Shown: one piece after another, positions 1 through 11,154 of the stretch
Position numbering within the stretch: the stretch's first letter is position 1
Layout of the letters: each line of letters opens with the position of its first letter
Position numbers and translations under genes: made by a program
The notes under the pieces: generated by a model
Databases searched by the model: none
Seen by the model: the letters and a program-made list of their open reading frames with translations, nothing else
Told to the model about the DNA's origin: nothing
From: Euprymna scolopes
Lineage: Eukaryota
Length of the DNA stretch: 64,000 bases
Reading direction: 5' to 3' (one strand)
NCBI GenBank assembly: GCA_053919585.1
Contig: CM132787.1

Positions 1-59
1 TCTACTTCACCCATCCTCCTCTTTCCCTCATCTAAAAGGCTTCCCTCACCCACTATCAA

Positions 60-460
60 CAGGAAAACTGACCAGCACTTTACCGGGATTCACACCAGAA
101 GCTAGTCGTCCAACGCATACCATTGATTTCGAGGTCCATTGCATACATAATTCAATGCTCAAATTCTATTACCCACGACAATGGAATGGTATATCCATCC
201 AAAAAAGATTTTGGATTACATCTACCAAAACGCACTCAACGCACCAACGAATACGGCTGCCCCGTATATCTTTCGGAAAATCAATAAGGAGCAACCACGC
301 TTTTTGTTATATGGGATTACTGCCTTCTCCCCTGGACCTATATTTTGCGTACTCCTTCCGATAATTGACTGCCCAAATTGCATCAAATTCCATTTTCCTA
401 TAAGTATCTCCATATAATTATCATTCACCACTCAAAAAACTATTTTCAATATTTATGATG
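60..460 (-). mobile_element. Degenerate R4/Dong-like (RLE-type) non-LTR retrotransposon 3' fragment
   Basis: Minus-strand translations across frameshifts give VVNDNY.IL, LLIDF and AVFVGALSA. These follow the order of the RLE-domain motifs ENENxKILWD...CxLIDxAVP...PVVVGALG. Highly decayed. Confidence 0.4.
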
Positions 461-1388
461 AAAAGTAAAATAAGTGTCTGAATATTTTGCTAACCGCATT
501 TCATTTCCTCTGATGATATGAGCCATTATTGAAAATCCACGTATTAAGGAAATCAACATAACCCCTTCTATATATTCCTTTTGTCAAACAATAAATTCTT
601 AATTCGAATATATGTGTCTATATGTTGTTTTTTCAGAATTTAAATATAACCACTAAGCTTATATATTGCTCTATTCTTAAATATTGAGCGTCTCCTTTTT
701 GGCTAGGATCACCCTGAAAGTATTACTTCAAGTAATATCCATCAGGATTTGTCATCTGATTTCTAATCAGTGTCTTAACTCGATTATATATATATATAAC
801 ATGGCGAGCTGGATCCCACTACTTGGTACCGTAAACAATGGAATGAAAGTCTGTTCAGATACGTATTAACTTTTATATTTCTTTCAATGCGTCTGATGAA
901 ATGCCAATCTGGAAGATTTTTGAACAACATAAAGTTTAAAATTCTCCGAATGGTGTCGGAACAATTGTAACACTATTGAAAAATACAGAAAATGACGCAA
1001 ACGTTTTTTGTTTTGTTAATTTGATTTTTAAAATAAATATAAATGCTCGATTACAGAAATGATAATATTTGAGTCAATTTACTTGGCTTAATTTTTATTA
1101 GTAGATATACAGTGTATTTGGCTGATATATATTAATAATTGGAACAAAACTATTTAATAAATAAATAAATATATATATATATATATATAATGAAAAAAGG
1201 AAAAACAGAATTATTTATATATCCAACGTTTCGTCTTTTTTCACAATATTCCTGGGATCACTAATTTGATGAAATCCCAACCATGACGATATATATAATA
1301 TTTTTGAATTAATGTATTTGTACCTGCTGACACACGTTTCATATTTAAACAATCTACAGCATAGGAGATGATAATTAATAGTGATAAA

Positions 1389-1453
1389 GGATTCGAATAC
1401 AGTCGCAAAGACATGATTCATTCTGCAGTTCGGTATTACACCACTGGCCTACC
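1389..1453 (-). pseudogene. Possible tRNA-derived SINE head or tRNA pseudogene
   Basis: Minus strand reads GGTAGGCCAGTGGTG (A-box-like) ... AACTGCAGA (Cys-like anticodon loop) ... TATTCGAATCC (B-box/T-loop-like). No intact cloverleaf. Confidence 0.3.
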
Positions 1454-1819
1454 TTTAATTTACCTTCAGAAATGAGAGAATAAGATTCTATGTAAGGTCG
1501 AGTCGATGGCTATACAAACTAAGCTAGTCATAAGTGTCGTACAGACGAAGTCGAAATCTTAGAGATGTACGTAGTTGATCAGCATAGTTTCTAAATTGTT
1601 TTCCATTTGATGGATGATGATGTCCGCTCGTAACTTCAAATGCCATATTCGGTTGCTAGTGCCGTATTTACTTTTTCTCTTTGATTCAGGGTAAACGTAT
1701 GTGCATAAAATATCTGTTCAAATGTTTCGTGCGTCAAACGAATGTATTTTTCGCTTCAATCATGAGTCCACCCAATGATATGAGTTTATATCCTAATAAT
1801 CAACAGTCTATATGGAATA

Positions 1820-1902
1820 TTTATATGCATATATATGCATATATATATACATATACGCATATATATGCATATATACATATATGCATATATATATATATAT
1901 AC
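1820..1902. repeat. Compound (TA)n/(ATATGC)/(ATAC) microsatellite
   Basis: Visible directly in the sequence. Confidence 0.9.
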
Positions 1903-2476
1903 ACGTTTATTCATATTCAAATAAACATTTTACATGATTGCCATGTTCAGTGTTGCGATCATGTATAATATTTATATCAATATAAATAAATTTATACTTT
2001 GCTTTTTTCTTGTGCATTGTTTGTAATATAGTTAAATTCACTCCTCAANNNNNNNNNNNNNNNNNNNNNNNNNNNNNNNNNNNNNNNNNNNNNNNNNNNN
2101 NNNNNNNNNNNNNNNNNNNNNNNNNNNNNNNNNNNNNNNNNNNNNNNNNNNNNNNNNNNNNNNNNNNNNNNNNNNNNNNNNNNNNNNNNNNNNNNNNNNN
2201 NNNNNNNNNNNNNNNNNNNNCTGACCCAACCGTGTTACATTACTTTCATTACTGACCATCAAAATAACATATAATGCATCTAAACTTAATGTCTTGAATT
2301 GATTTTCAAATTTTAGAATAAAATTTCATGTATGATTTGAATTCTTAAAAAAATTTCTTAAATTTAACGCTTAACCTGAAGTCTGAAATCGTACTTGGAA
2401 TAAAAGTAAGCTTTCTATTTGATATCTAATAAAGGTGGTAATTGTCTGTATTTTTGAGATGAGGTGTTTTCATTGA

Positions 2477-2683
2477 TTGAGATTGTCGGACTGACTTACT
2501 CATCTTGGTTGTTATTGTCACAACGTTTCGGCCGTTTTCCCCTTCGGCCTTCGTCAGGTGTTTTGTATCGAACAAACGGTTCCCCAGTTCGATACAAAAC
2601 ACCTGACGAAAGCCGGAGGGCAAAACGGCCGAAACGTTGTGACAATAACAACCAAGATGAGGAAGTCAGTCCGACAATCTCAA
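2477..2683. mobile_element. Palindromic Penelope-like pseudo-LTR fragment (97-bp inverted arms) with a minimal hammerhead motif in each arm
   Basis: 2477-2573 is the near-perfect reverse complement of 2587-2683, with a 13-nt spacer. Each arm reads CAC-CTGACGA-A-(G/A)GCCG-loop-CGGCC-GAAA-CGTT-GTG. Confidence 0.7.
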
Positions 2684-2940
2684 CTAATAAAGGTAGTTAA
2701 AATTTAATGCAAATCATATTTTGGTTTTCTAGTCGGAGTTTATGCTATTCTTCTACTTCCTAAGAATCATTTTAAATAATCCAACGAGCTGTATTTTATT
2801 GAATAATTACTGATGTGTAATAATTATTGTAAGCATTTTCAAAAACATTTGAAAATTAGAATTATATCGGAGGAATTCTGATTTATGAAAACTAAATTAA
2901 ACTAAATGTAACTCGCATTGCTGACCATTTCCCATAGTAT

Positions 2941-3169
2941 CAGGTATTTAGAGAATTATTAACAGGTATTTAGATTTGTAGAGAATTATTAACAGGTATT
3001 TAGATTTGTAGAGAATTATTAACAGGTATTTAGATTTGTAGAGAATTATTAACAGGTATTTAGATTTGTAGAGAATTATTAACAGGTATTTAGATTTGTA
3101 GTGAATTATTAACAGGTATTTAGATTTGTAGAGAATTATTAACAGGTACTATAGATTTGCAGTGAATTA
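2941..3169. repeat. 30-bp minisatellite (CAGGTATTTAGATTTGTAGAGAATTATTAA), ~7 copies
   Basis: Exact 30-bp periodicity. The first unit has an internal deletion and the last is diverged. Confidence 0.95.
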
Positions 3170-4479
3170 GCTTATTATGCTATAGTATTCAGTAATTTAG
3201 ATTATATAAAATTAACTATATAAAACATACATAAACATTTACACAGAAATATCTTAATCCAATAAGAAATATAGTAATAAATGGCAATTAGTTTTTATTA
3301 TATAATGGATATGATTAAAAAGTATGTATAATGTTATTATATTTAGCATCCAAAGTATGTTTTATACAAAATTGGAAATAATTCCATGTAATAGTTTAGG
3401 AGGCTATAAGTATTTATGCTAATCATTATACGTGTTATGATTTAATGCCGTAGTGTGTTAACATAAGACTAAATATATTTATCATCTCTATATTAAATTT
3501 ATTGCAAGTCTGACTAATTTTTTCATGTTATAAAGGTTTACTAGTAATAATATTATTAGAGGTTGTTGCCATAGAATAATCATTAGCTGTAGTGGACAAT
3601 TTGTACTAGTCATATCATAAATCCGCTACGTATATGAAATGAAAGCTGTCTTGTGTATGAAAGCTGCTTTATGCAATTTAAAGGTGTTTTAATACTATCA
3701 ACAGCAGTATCAGTTTTAATGTTTTCTTCATATCTTAAACATACTTTATTCCAAACTTGATGTACTTTCGTGGAGACGTCGTCGTGGTACTTACAATTTG
3801 TCGATGAACAAACAAGTGATGTCTGTATACTCTTTATTTTGCTTGTTCTGTTACGTAATTCAGTACCATGCAAGTATGTTTTATGTACTAAAATTTAAAG
3901 TAACCGAAGTATGAAAACATTTGTCGCAATTCATTAAAAATTCCCAAAGTCATTGAAAGATAAAACATCGTTAAAATGCCACTGTATATGCATAAATATA
4001 AATTGTTGAAAAATGTTTAGTTTTGTGGATTTTAGTCATTCATGATTGAATACGAAATGTGATTAAAAGATTGAGACGTTGGTTAAACCTTACCAAACGT
4101 TTTGAAAAATAACTTTGCTACAGTATTTTTTTAATAATTAAAGAAAGGGTTAGAAATTCATTTTTCCTACTAAATGCATTTTATATACGTTCTTTATTAT
4201 TACTTAATAAGTTAACATCACTTTTTAAAAACATTGTTACTTTTTCATAGAGGACGGGTTAAAAATTATTTCTTTTAAGAAAAAGATCGTTCCATTCGTT
4301 TATCGGTTATGAGATAAAATGTGTACGTGTTTTACTTTATACCATTAGATCGATTAAACTGGCTGTTTTATAAATATCATATTATATTACAAAAGATTGC
4401 ATTTTTGGCAATCGCTCGAAACAAGGCATAAAGCCACTTGAAGTAAAGAGTATAAAAGAACGAAAGCTGATTATTGTGA

Positions 4480-7160
4480 TGACGGGAAATGCCTATTGCC
4501 TTTAGGCTTGTAAAGACGAAGTTGTAAATAAAAGGAAAGTAGTCGGCAGAAAGAGAGTTCCCCAACCTTGCAATTCTTGGAAAGAAGTTACTAAAATAGA
4601 AAGCTGTATTACAATGAGGTATTACAACAATAAATTACCAACAAGTAAAACGAGCTGGAACAAAGGTAGCAAGAAAATAAATCAGATATCTCTGAGGAAA
4701 GCATGCTATAGTAGTATTTGTAGAAAAGACTAGCAACATCACGTCTGTGAGAGGGGTTGTAAGCGAGAAGGAAAGGTGGGATCAATATAATTATAGATAC
4801 GGTTCTGCAATTTATCAAAAAACTTTAAAATGGGACACTTAATCAGTAGCCCAAATGTAACGACTGTACTGCATACGTGGTCTGATAATAGGTTTGTAAA
4901 GATAAGACAATAGCCTTCAGTGTGAGGTGTTAAGAGCGATATGGAACTGATTTTACGAGAATCAGAAATAGTAAGGGATTTAGTATATAGACTCCAAAAA
5001 AGATTTGATGAGAAAGAAAAACCAAGAAGACTCTGTTGTAGATTTCTAATCAAGAGTAACGCTATCCATAAGACTCTCGGGAAGAAAATGGACATGTCCA
5101 CGATTGAAGGACAATCGCTCTCTTAGCAGAATTTAACGAAACAGTTTTTTACCCCAATCGATACTTTTACCCTAATCAATATTTCTTTACCTCAATCAGT
5201 ATTTTTTACACCACTCAATATTTTTTTTATCGCAATTGATATTTTTTACCTCAAGGTATATTTTTAATCAAATTGATATTTTTTCCTCAATTGACGTTTT
5301 TACCTTAATCGATATTTCTTACCCTAATCGATATTTTTTACCTCAATCGATAGTTTTACCCCAGTCAATATTTTACCTCAATTGATATTTTTACCTCAAT
5401 CGATAGTTTTTACCCCAGTTGATATTATTCCCCAATCGATATTATTCCCAATCGATATTTTTATCCCAATTGATATTTTTACATCAATCGATATTTTTGG
5501 CCAAATCGACATTTTTTACGTAATTGATATTTTTTACCCCAGTCAATATTCTTTACCCCAATCGATATTTTTACCTCAATCGATATTTTTACCCCAGTCG
5601 ATATGTTTTACATCAATCGATATTTTACCCCAATCGATATTTTTTATCCTAATCGATATTTTTTATCCCAATCTTTATTTTACATCAATCGATATTTTTA
5701 CCCAATCAACATTTTTACATAATCGATATTTTTTACCCCAGTCAATATTCTTTACCCCAGTCGATATTTTTTACCCCAATCGATATTTTTACCCCAATCG
5801 ATATTTTTTACCTCAATCGATATTTTCCCTAATTGATATTTTTCCTCAAGTGATATTTTTACCTCAATCGATATTTTTACCCCAATCAATATTTTTTATC
5901 TTAATCGATATTTTTTATCCCAATTGATATTTTACCCCAATCGATATTTTTTACCTCAATCGATAACAGAACGCAAATCAACTTTTAGTGCAACTGTATA
6001 TTTTTACTGACATGAGAAAGATGTACAAGAAACTATACTACAATATAATGTGGGGTCATCAGCATTAATGATTTCCGAATTATATTTTCTGGAAAGTCAT
6101 TTATAAAGAGAACAAAGTTTTGGACCCAAAACAGAGGAACACCGACATTTATCGGAAAAGAAAGTTAAGATACTCCATAAAGAGTTTTTCGCAAACTCCG
6201 AAGGACTAACAGGAGAATATTTAGTTGGCTCAGATTAATCACCATCATTTTTAAGATATGGACGACAAAAACTCCTTCCAACAAGAGGCGACAAAGGAAT
6301 AAGATAAACAGAGATTGAATAATTTCGAAAGATTAGAACGAAGTTCAGACACGTAACGTTTGAGAAAAACAATAGAAATAAAATCAGGACTAAAAGACTT
6401 AGATTGGTCATGACCAGCAATACGTCTAGCGGCCATATTTGGAGTGATAATTCCATAATCAAAAGTCCGATCAGTTTTCAAAGTAAAATGCAGAAAAACG
6501 GCACCAAAATCATAAATGTAGTTTCAGCAAAAAGTCTGGCTTATCCTTAGAAGATGAATGACTTGGGGACCATTAAAAAGAGAAGCTAGTCTGTAACATT
6601 ATTAGCAGCACCGTTCGGAAACATACTAAATGTAGGACCTCATGGAACGTCATATAGGAAAATGCGAACCCCATCCAAATCCGCCCTCTTGTAGTTAAAA
6701 GTCTTCCTATAAAATTGACGATCAATTGAAGACTTAACAGAAAAATCAATCTAAGCATCAATAACAGCATGATTAGAAGGACTCAATGAAAGAGAAGCGG
6801 ATATAGAACATGTCACGATCAAAAGTTAGAAAGAGACCAAGTAAAGATGGTTGATAAAGGTCATTATCAGGAAACGTATGGAGAAGGTGAATATTTCAGA
6901 CAACTCATGACAGAAAAGTTAAGACAGATATCACCAGCAAGCTATGTGCGATTAGTGTGGGAAATTCAGTCAGAATGGTAAGCATTCAAGTCATCGGAGG
7001 AAAGATAGTGTTTGAAAGAATGAAGTTGTAATGCATAAATACAGGAACATACATGACTGTGTTGAGATGCAGTAGACTGAGAACTTTGCAAACGAGTGTA
7101 TTTCTAACATGCAGATAAATGGTACAGAGATAAGTCAGGGGCAATACTGGAAGACGATAC
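4480..7160 (-). mobile_element. Degenerate CR1/L2-group LINE ORF2 (APE endonuclease + reverse transcriptase), interrupted by a tandem array
   Basis: Motifs occur in the expected order on the minus strand. APE: LAGD (~6930), RFPDN..QPSLLGLFLT (~6850), PSNHA (SDH-like, ~6770). RT: KSFSPDFI..LKRYVSEL..LSKLFNLCL...CWK (6251-6410), GVP..VLGP (~6130), NADD (YADD position, ~6055), VSLNSAK (~5130), LQPLSHRRDVASLFYKYY (~4730), FFPR..NSL (~4570). Many stops, frameshifts and deletions. Confidence 0.85.
5145..5964. repeat. ~20-bp degenerate tandem array (TTTTACCCCAATCGATATTT), ~40 units, lying inside the LINE RT
   Basis: Recurring AATCGATA core with variable T-tracts. Flanked by AACAG at 5140-5144 and 5965-5969. 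Confidence 0.93.
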
Positions 7161-7162
7161 TT

Positions 7163-7165
<3 letters not shown>

Positions 7166-7216
<51 letters not shown>
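7166..7216. repeat. (TA)n microsatellite
   Basis: Pure TA tract of ~50 bp. Confidence 0.98.
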
Positions 7217-7217
<1 letters not shown>

Positions 7218-7363
7218 CTACTTAATTTACTCACATAAACGTAATATACGAAACTATAGATTTATGCGTAAACTTTAAGTATTTACTTCAAAAGTGCTCA
7301 ATACGTAGGTAGAGCTAGTTAGTAAGTTATAAAATGTATATGGCGATAAATGTATATGGCGCA

Positions 7364-7416
7364 TAAGCCTGAAGAATCCTAGAGTGGATGAAACGCGGAA
7401 TATTCAGTGTAGCTTA
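7364..7416 (+). ncRNA. Type I hammerhead ribozyme (complete catalytic core) within a 123-bp hairpin (7321-7443)
   Basis: Stem I TAAGC (7364-68)/GCTTA (7412-16). Core CTGAAGA (7369-75). Stem II ATCC/GGAT with loop TAGAGT. GAAA (7390-93). Stem III ACGC.GA/TC.GTGT around the palindrome GAATATTC. Cleavage triplet GUA (7409-11). Stem I is extended by a long inverted repeat. Confidence 0.8.
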
Positions 7417-7444
7417 ATCGCCATATACATTTTATAACTTACTC

Positions 7445-7445
<1 letters not shown>

Positions 7446-7515
<70 letters not shown>
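7446..7515. repeat. (TA)n microsatellite
   Basis: Pure TA tract of ~70 bp. Confidence 0.98.
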
Positions 7516-7519
<4 letters not shown>

Positions 7520-7529
7520 GAGATCTCGT

Positions 7530-8100
7530 GCAGTTACGGTTCCCATTTTAATTCTGTTGCAGTTTTCTTGTAGCTGTTCTCATAGTGTATGTATTACGTT
7601 AGTGTCTCCATTCAACAAGTTTCATTGACATATTAACATTTATTCAGCTGTTTTTATCGGGGTTTTTTTCAAGTTTTATATTCTTGACTGTTTTTAGTAC
7701 TTCTACAATTACTGGTATTATACTGACTTCCTTTATGTCCTACGTTCCCTTCAGTTCTCTGTCAACCTCCGTGCATTTACCTCGCTTTTCTGTCTGTTAC
7801 GGTGTGCTGGGGCGGCGAAATCTACAATTTATGATGGCAGCTGGTCTTTCAGCTTGGAGTGGTTAATCTATTTTACTTACATGTGTCATAAAATGCTGTG
7901 GTTTTCGTTTTCAAGTTTATGTCTGTTATTTGTCTGCATATTAGAAGTACAGTTGTTTGCATAGTTCTTAGTCTACTGTATCTCCACAAAGTCATGTATG
8001 TTCTTGCATTTGTTTGCTACATTCACTTATTATATCGTTTCACCTCCTTCGTCACATAATCTACATTTACTGTTTTCTCGGGTTTTATCTATTTCCGCTT
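7530..8100 (-). mobile_element. 5'-truncated R4/Dong-like non-LTR retrotransposon (CCHC knuckle + restriction-like endonuclease), degenerate
   Basis: Minus strand: NSKCRLCDEGGET..IISECSK, LENENHSIL, IVDFAAPAHR, RELK, IIPVIVEVLKTV, in the canonical RLE-domain order. The 5' end abuts a (TAA/TAC)n tract. Confidence 0.75.
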
Positions 8101-8101
8101 T

Positions 8102-8160
8102 TAGTATTAGTGGTATTAGTATTATTAGTAGTAGTAGTAGTAGTTGTAGTATTAGTATTG
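8102..8160. repeat. (TAG/TAT)n trinucleotide microsatellite
   Basis: Visible directly. Adjoins the R4/Dong-like fragment. Confidence 0.85.
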
Positions 8161-8859
8161 ATGTCTATGTAATATTACATTAATATTTTATTCATTTTTG
8201 TTATGTTCTAGCGTATTGCTATTTTTAAGTAAAGACGCCAGCCATCCTTTCTTAGAATTTAATAATTCAATTTCCACTTATTATTCGTTAATAACATTAT
8301 TCTATTTTCCTCATCTCTTTTTTATTTTATTTACTTTTGAAATCTGAAATATTTTACATTCATTCATTCATCTGTAGAGAAAATAATGAGGCAAAAACGG
8401 GTCGTTCGTTTCAATACAATACTTTCGTACACAAAAGACGTTCTTTGTTTCTCTTTGTTCTCTTCTGTATATATCTACGCGTATTTTTTATGTTTTGTTT
8501 ACTTTCTCAAAAAACAATGCAACCTTTCTCTTTCTCCTTGAACGGGGGTCTGTGGGAACGTTTCGGATAAACAAAGACGGATCAAATTGACCTAGCTGTT
8601 TTCTATTTCTCGACTCTAGATAGAAAAAAACACGTATCTCTTCGTAAGGTTCCTAATTATTAACACGGAATACAATGAATTACCATCTTAAAAACGTGCC
8701 CATCTTGTGGTATACGGAGATGTATACGTAAGACGATAATTATTCATGAGTTTAGCTAAACTTTTTATCCAACGCATAAAGCAAATTGTTTTGGACAAAG
8801 CTGTCACATCCATATTAGTATTCTATATAAATAGAATTGTGGAAGATAAAGATGTGTTA

Positions 8860-9121
8860 ATCTGATATATAAATCTCAACATGTTTGTCTGTGTGTGTCT
8901 CTCCGTTTTTCAAATTGTATCTCCTCCCAGACGGAAAGTCGCTGGTGTGCGTGCAGTAGCTCAAAAGATTGCATTTTTGGTGCAGAATTTTATTAGAGGT
9001 ATTTACTCTGTTAAAATAATTTCGAAGGGGGTTCAAAAAGGGGGTAAAATTCAAAAGAAATCATAACTTGACAAGCGTAGCGTTCTATGCATGCGCACGC
9101 CCTGTAAAACAGGCATCTATT
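8860..9121 (+). mobile_element. Possible short non-autonomous Helitron-like element
   Basis: The 5' end A|TCTGATATATAAA is followed by a GTTTGTCTGTGTGTGTCT tract. At the 3' end the hairpin GCC(C)TGT-AAA-ACAGGC is followed by ATCTA (degenerate CTAG). Confidence 0.35.
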
Positions 9122-10058
9122 TTTTTAGTTATTATGCAATAAGCCAAATACTTGATTTATCCATATACGGATTCATTTTGCTTATCTGTGGGTTGGTTCT
9201 GACTAGATAATTCGCGCAAGCGTTCGAACGACTTTATTTTGCACTGATTTTCAATTCATGTTTTTCTTTGCTTGTGCTGATTTGCAACTGTTAATATCCT
9301 TCAAATACCTACTATATACGTCACGTGATTAAGTCCAATTTATCTTGTCATTAAACCCAATCTACTCTCACATCTGTAAGAACCACATACAAGAAGTAGG
9401 TATAAATGATTGGCTTGATCGTATGGCGCAGGAAAGACAAAGTTTGTTCATTTCCTGCCGTGCGTAATATAAAACCGTGATACATATAAGTATTAAAGCA
9501 ATGCTACTAAAAAGCAAAATAGATGCATTCATGTTATTCTTTGCTTATTTTTTTATTTCAAATTTCATGGATGAAATTTCTAAAACTGAAGATTGGATTG
9601 CTGATTTCTATTGTTTTCAGTGAGTTTTGTGTGGGGATTTTTACTCTGCTCATGCTATGATTGTATAACTAGTTAATGGAATGCATACAAAGCAAACTTT
9701 TAATTATTAAACTCTTACTTTTTCGTGTTCATTAGTTTTTATATGCAAATAGGTTTTGACCTTAACAAATTCAATTTCCTTAGTAAAATACCATTTTTGT
9801 TTAATTAGTTTATGCATTTCCAATGCGGCTTGGAAAGCTGGTAGTAAATTTGAGTGTCTATTTTGAATCCTAAATAAAACTCAATTCTATAAGCTGCAAT
9901 TTTATTGAAATAATTATATATCTACACGTATATGTGTTTCTTATTGGGTTAGCTCTTCTTATCTCTCTGCGGGGCGATTTCAAATTTTCCTTCGCCCAGA
10001 ATATTATTTTAAATAGCTCTTGTCTAGCGTCAAACTGAATGCATGATCGGCATAAAAA

Positions 10059-10061
<3 letters not shown>

Positions 10062-10106
<45 letters not shown>
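10062..10106. repeat. (TA)n microsatellite
   Basis: Pure TA tract. Confidence 0.97.
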
Positions 10107-10109
<3 letters not shown>

Positions 10110-10985
10110 CAATGACAGATTATATCGCTGTATTACGGCTCATCAGTGCGGATAGACTATATTACATGTTTGTTATTCATTATGTAATATTCCACATTAC
10201 ATGGCTGACGAATATTCTAATCCATAATTGCAATGATTTATTTATTCAGGAACTCGAAAACTATTCGATAAATACCTAACATTATAACACGTAAATAAAT
10301 CATTAAGTTCTCAAAAAACAATATACTGATGGAAAATGTTTACATAATGAACAAAATCATAGACTTCTAAAAGACGCCGAGTTAAACAGATAACACTGAC
10401 AGGTAAGCTTTAATATAAGTAAAACAAACTATAGAAAGATTATATGAATATTAGAGGTAGACACTGATATCTTAATATTATTATAGATAAACCCTTGTCA
10501 ATAGAAAAGTAATAAAACCCGCATTCGTTTTCATCACAATTCACTTGAAATGAGATAAAATAGGATTATACATCTTTTTGGTTATTCATATAAGCTCTCT
10601 AGTCTGCGTGTCTGTGTCTCATCTGCTCATAATGGCCACTTTGTTCGCATTTTATTGTTTAAAGATGCATTTCTTGTAGTAAAATGAAATTCAGCGATTC
10701 TTTAGATAATAAAACGAAAGGCATAATTTACCAGTATTTCAAAATGAATCAAACGAAAAGTTGTGTCACAATGAAATTTGCTCCAGAAAAACTGAGTTTT
10801 CACCAATAATTGCTACATTCAATGAATAAGCAGCATGGCTTTTACGCTGACAGACAAATTGAATGTGCAAATAAATATGTTAAACGCGTTTGACTTGGTG
10901 TTGTGTAATCTTATTAGCATAAAAAATGGTGGCACATCACAGACGTTTTTGTTCAAGCTTACATGTGTAATAACACATTAATTTT
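10107..10985 (-). mobile_element. Penelope-like element 3' remnant (decayed GIY-YIG region + terminal hammerhead-like motif)
   Basis: Minus-strand fragments KITQH, HNFSFDSF/EIL, LLSKESL and ASLNN resemble the PLE GIY-YIG C-terminus. CTGATGA-GCCG-TAATA-CAGC-GATA...GTC at 10146-10114 runs into (TA)n. Confidence 0.45.
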
Positions 10986-11154
10986 AAAATTGTAATAATA
11001 TATTTAAAAAAAATATTACCTTAAACCCATATACTTATTTTTCTGGCAATCTGCTTTGGTCGCAACCTTTAAGGTTTGTTTAGTTTTATTAAAGTATTTT
11101 GAAACATTACTTCCAGAAAACATTTATTAACTTTGATTTAATATTATATATATA

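Noticed and set aside
506-540. CTGATGA...GAAA motif
   Set aside because: No convincing stems I-III; expected by chance in AT-rich DNA.
3610-4000. Possible very old LINE RT remnant (AWY...KIKSIQ) on the minus strand
   Set aside because: Too few motifs to support by eye; it needs a profile search.
5382-5927. 181-aa ORF rich in PQSIF
   Set aside because: It is a translation of the ~20-bp tandem array.
4390-8980. Shared 19-mer CAAAAGATTGCATTTTTGG at ~4390 and ~8962
   Set aside because: The similarity does not extend on either side. It is either chance or a tiny TE remnant and cannot be interpreted.
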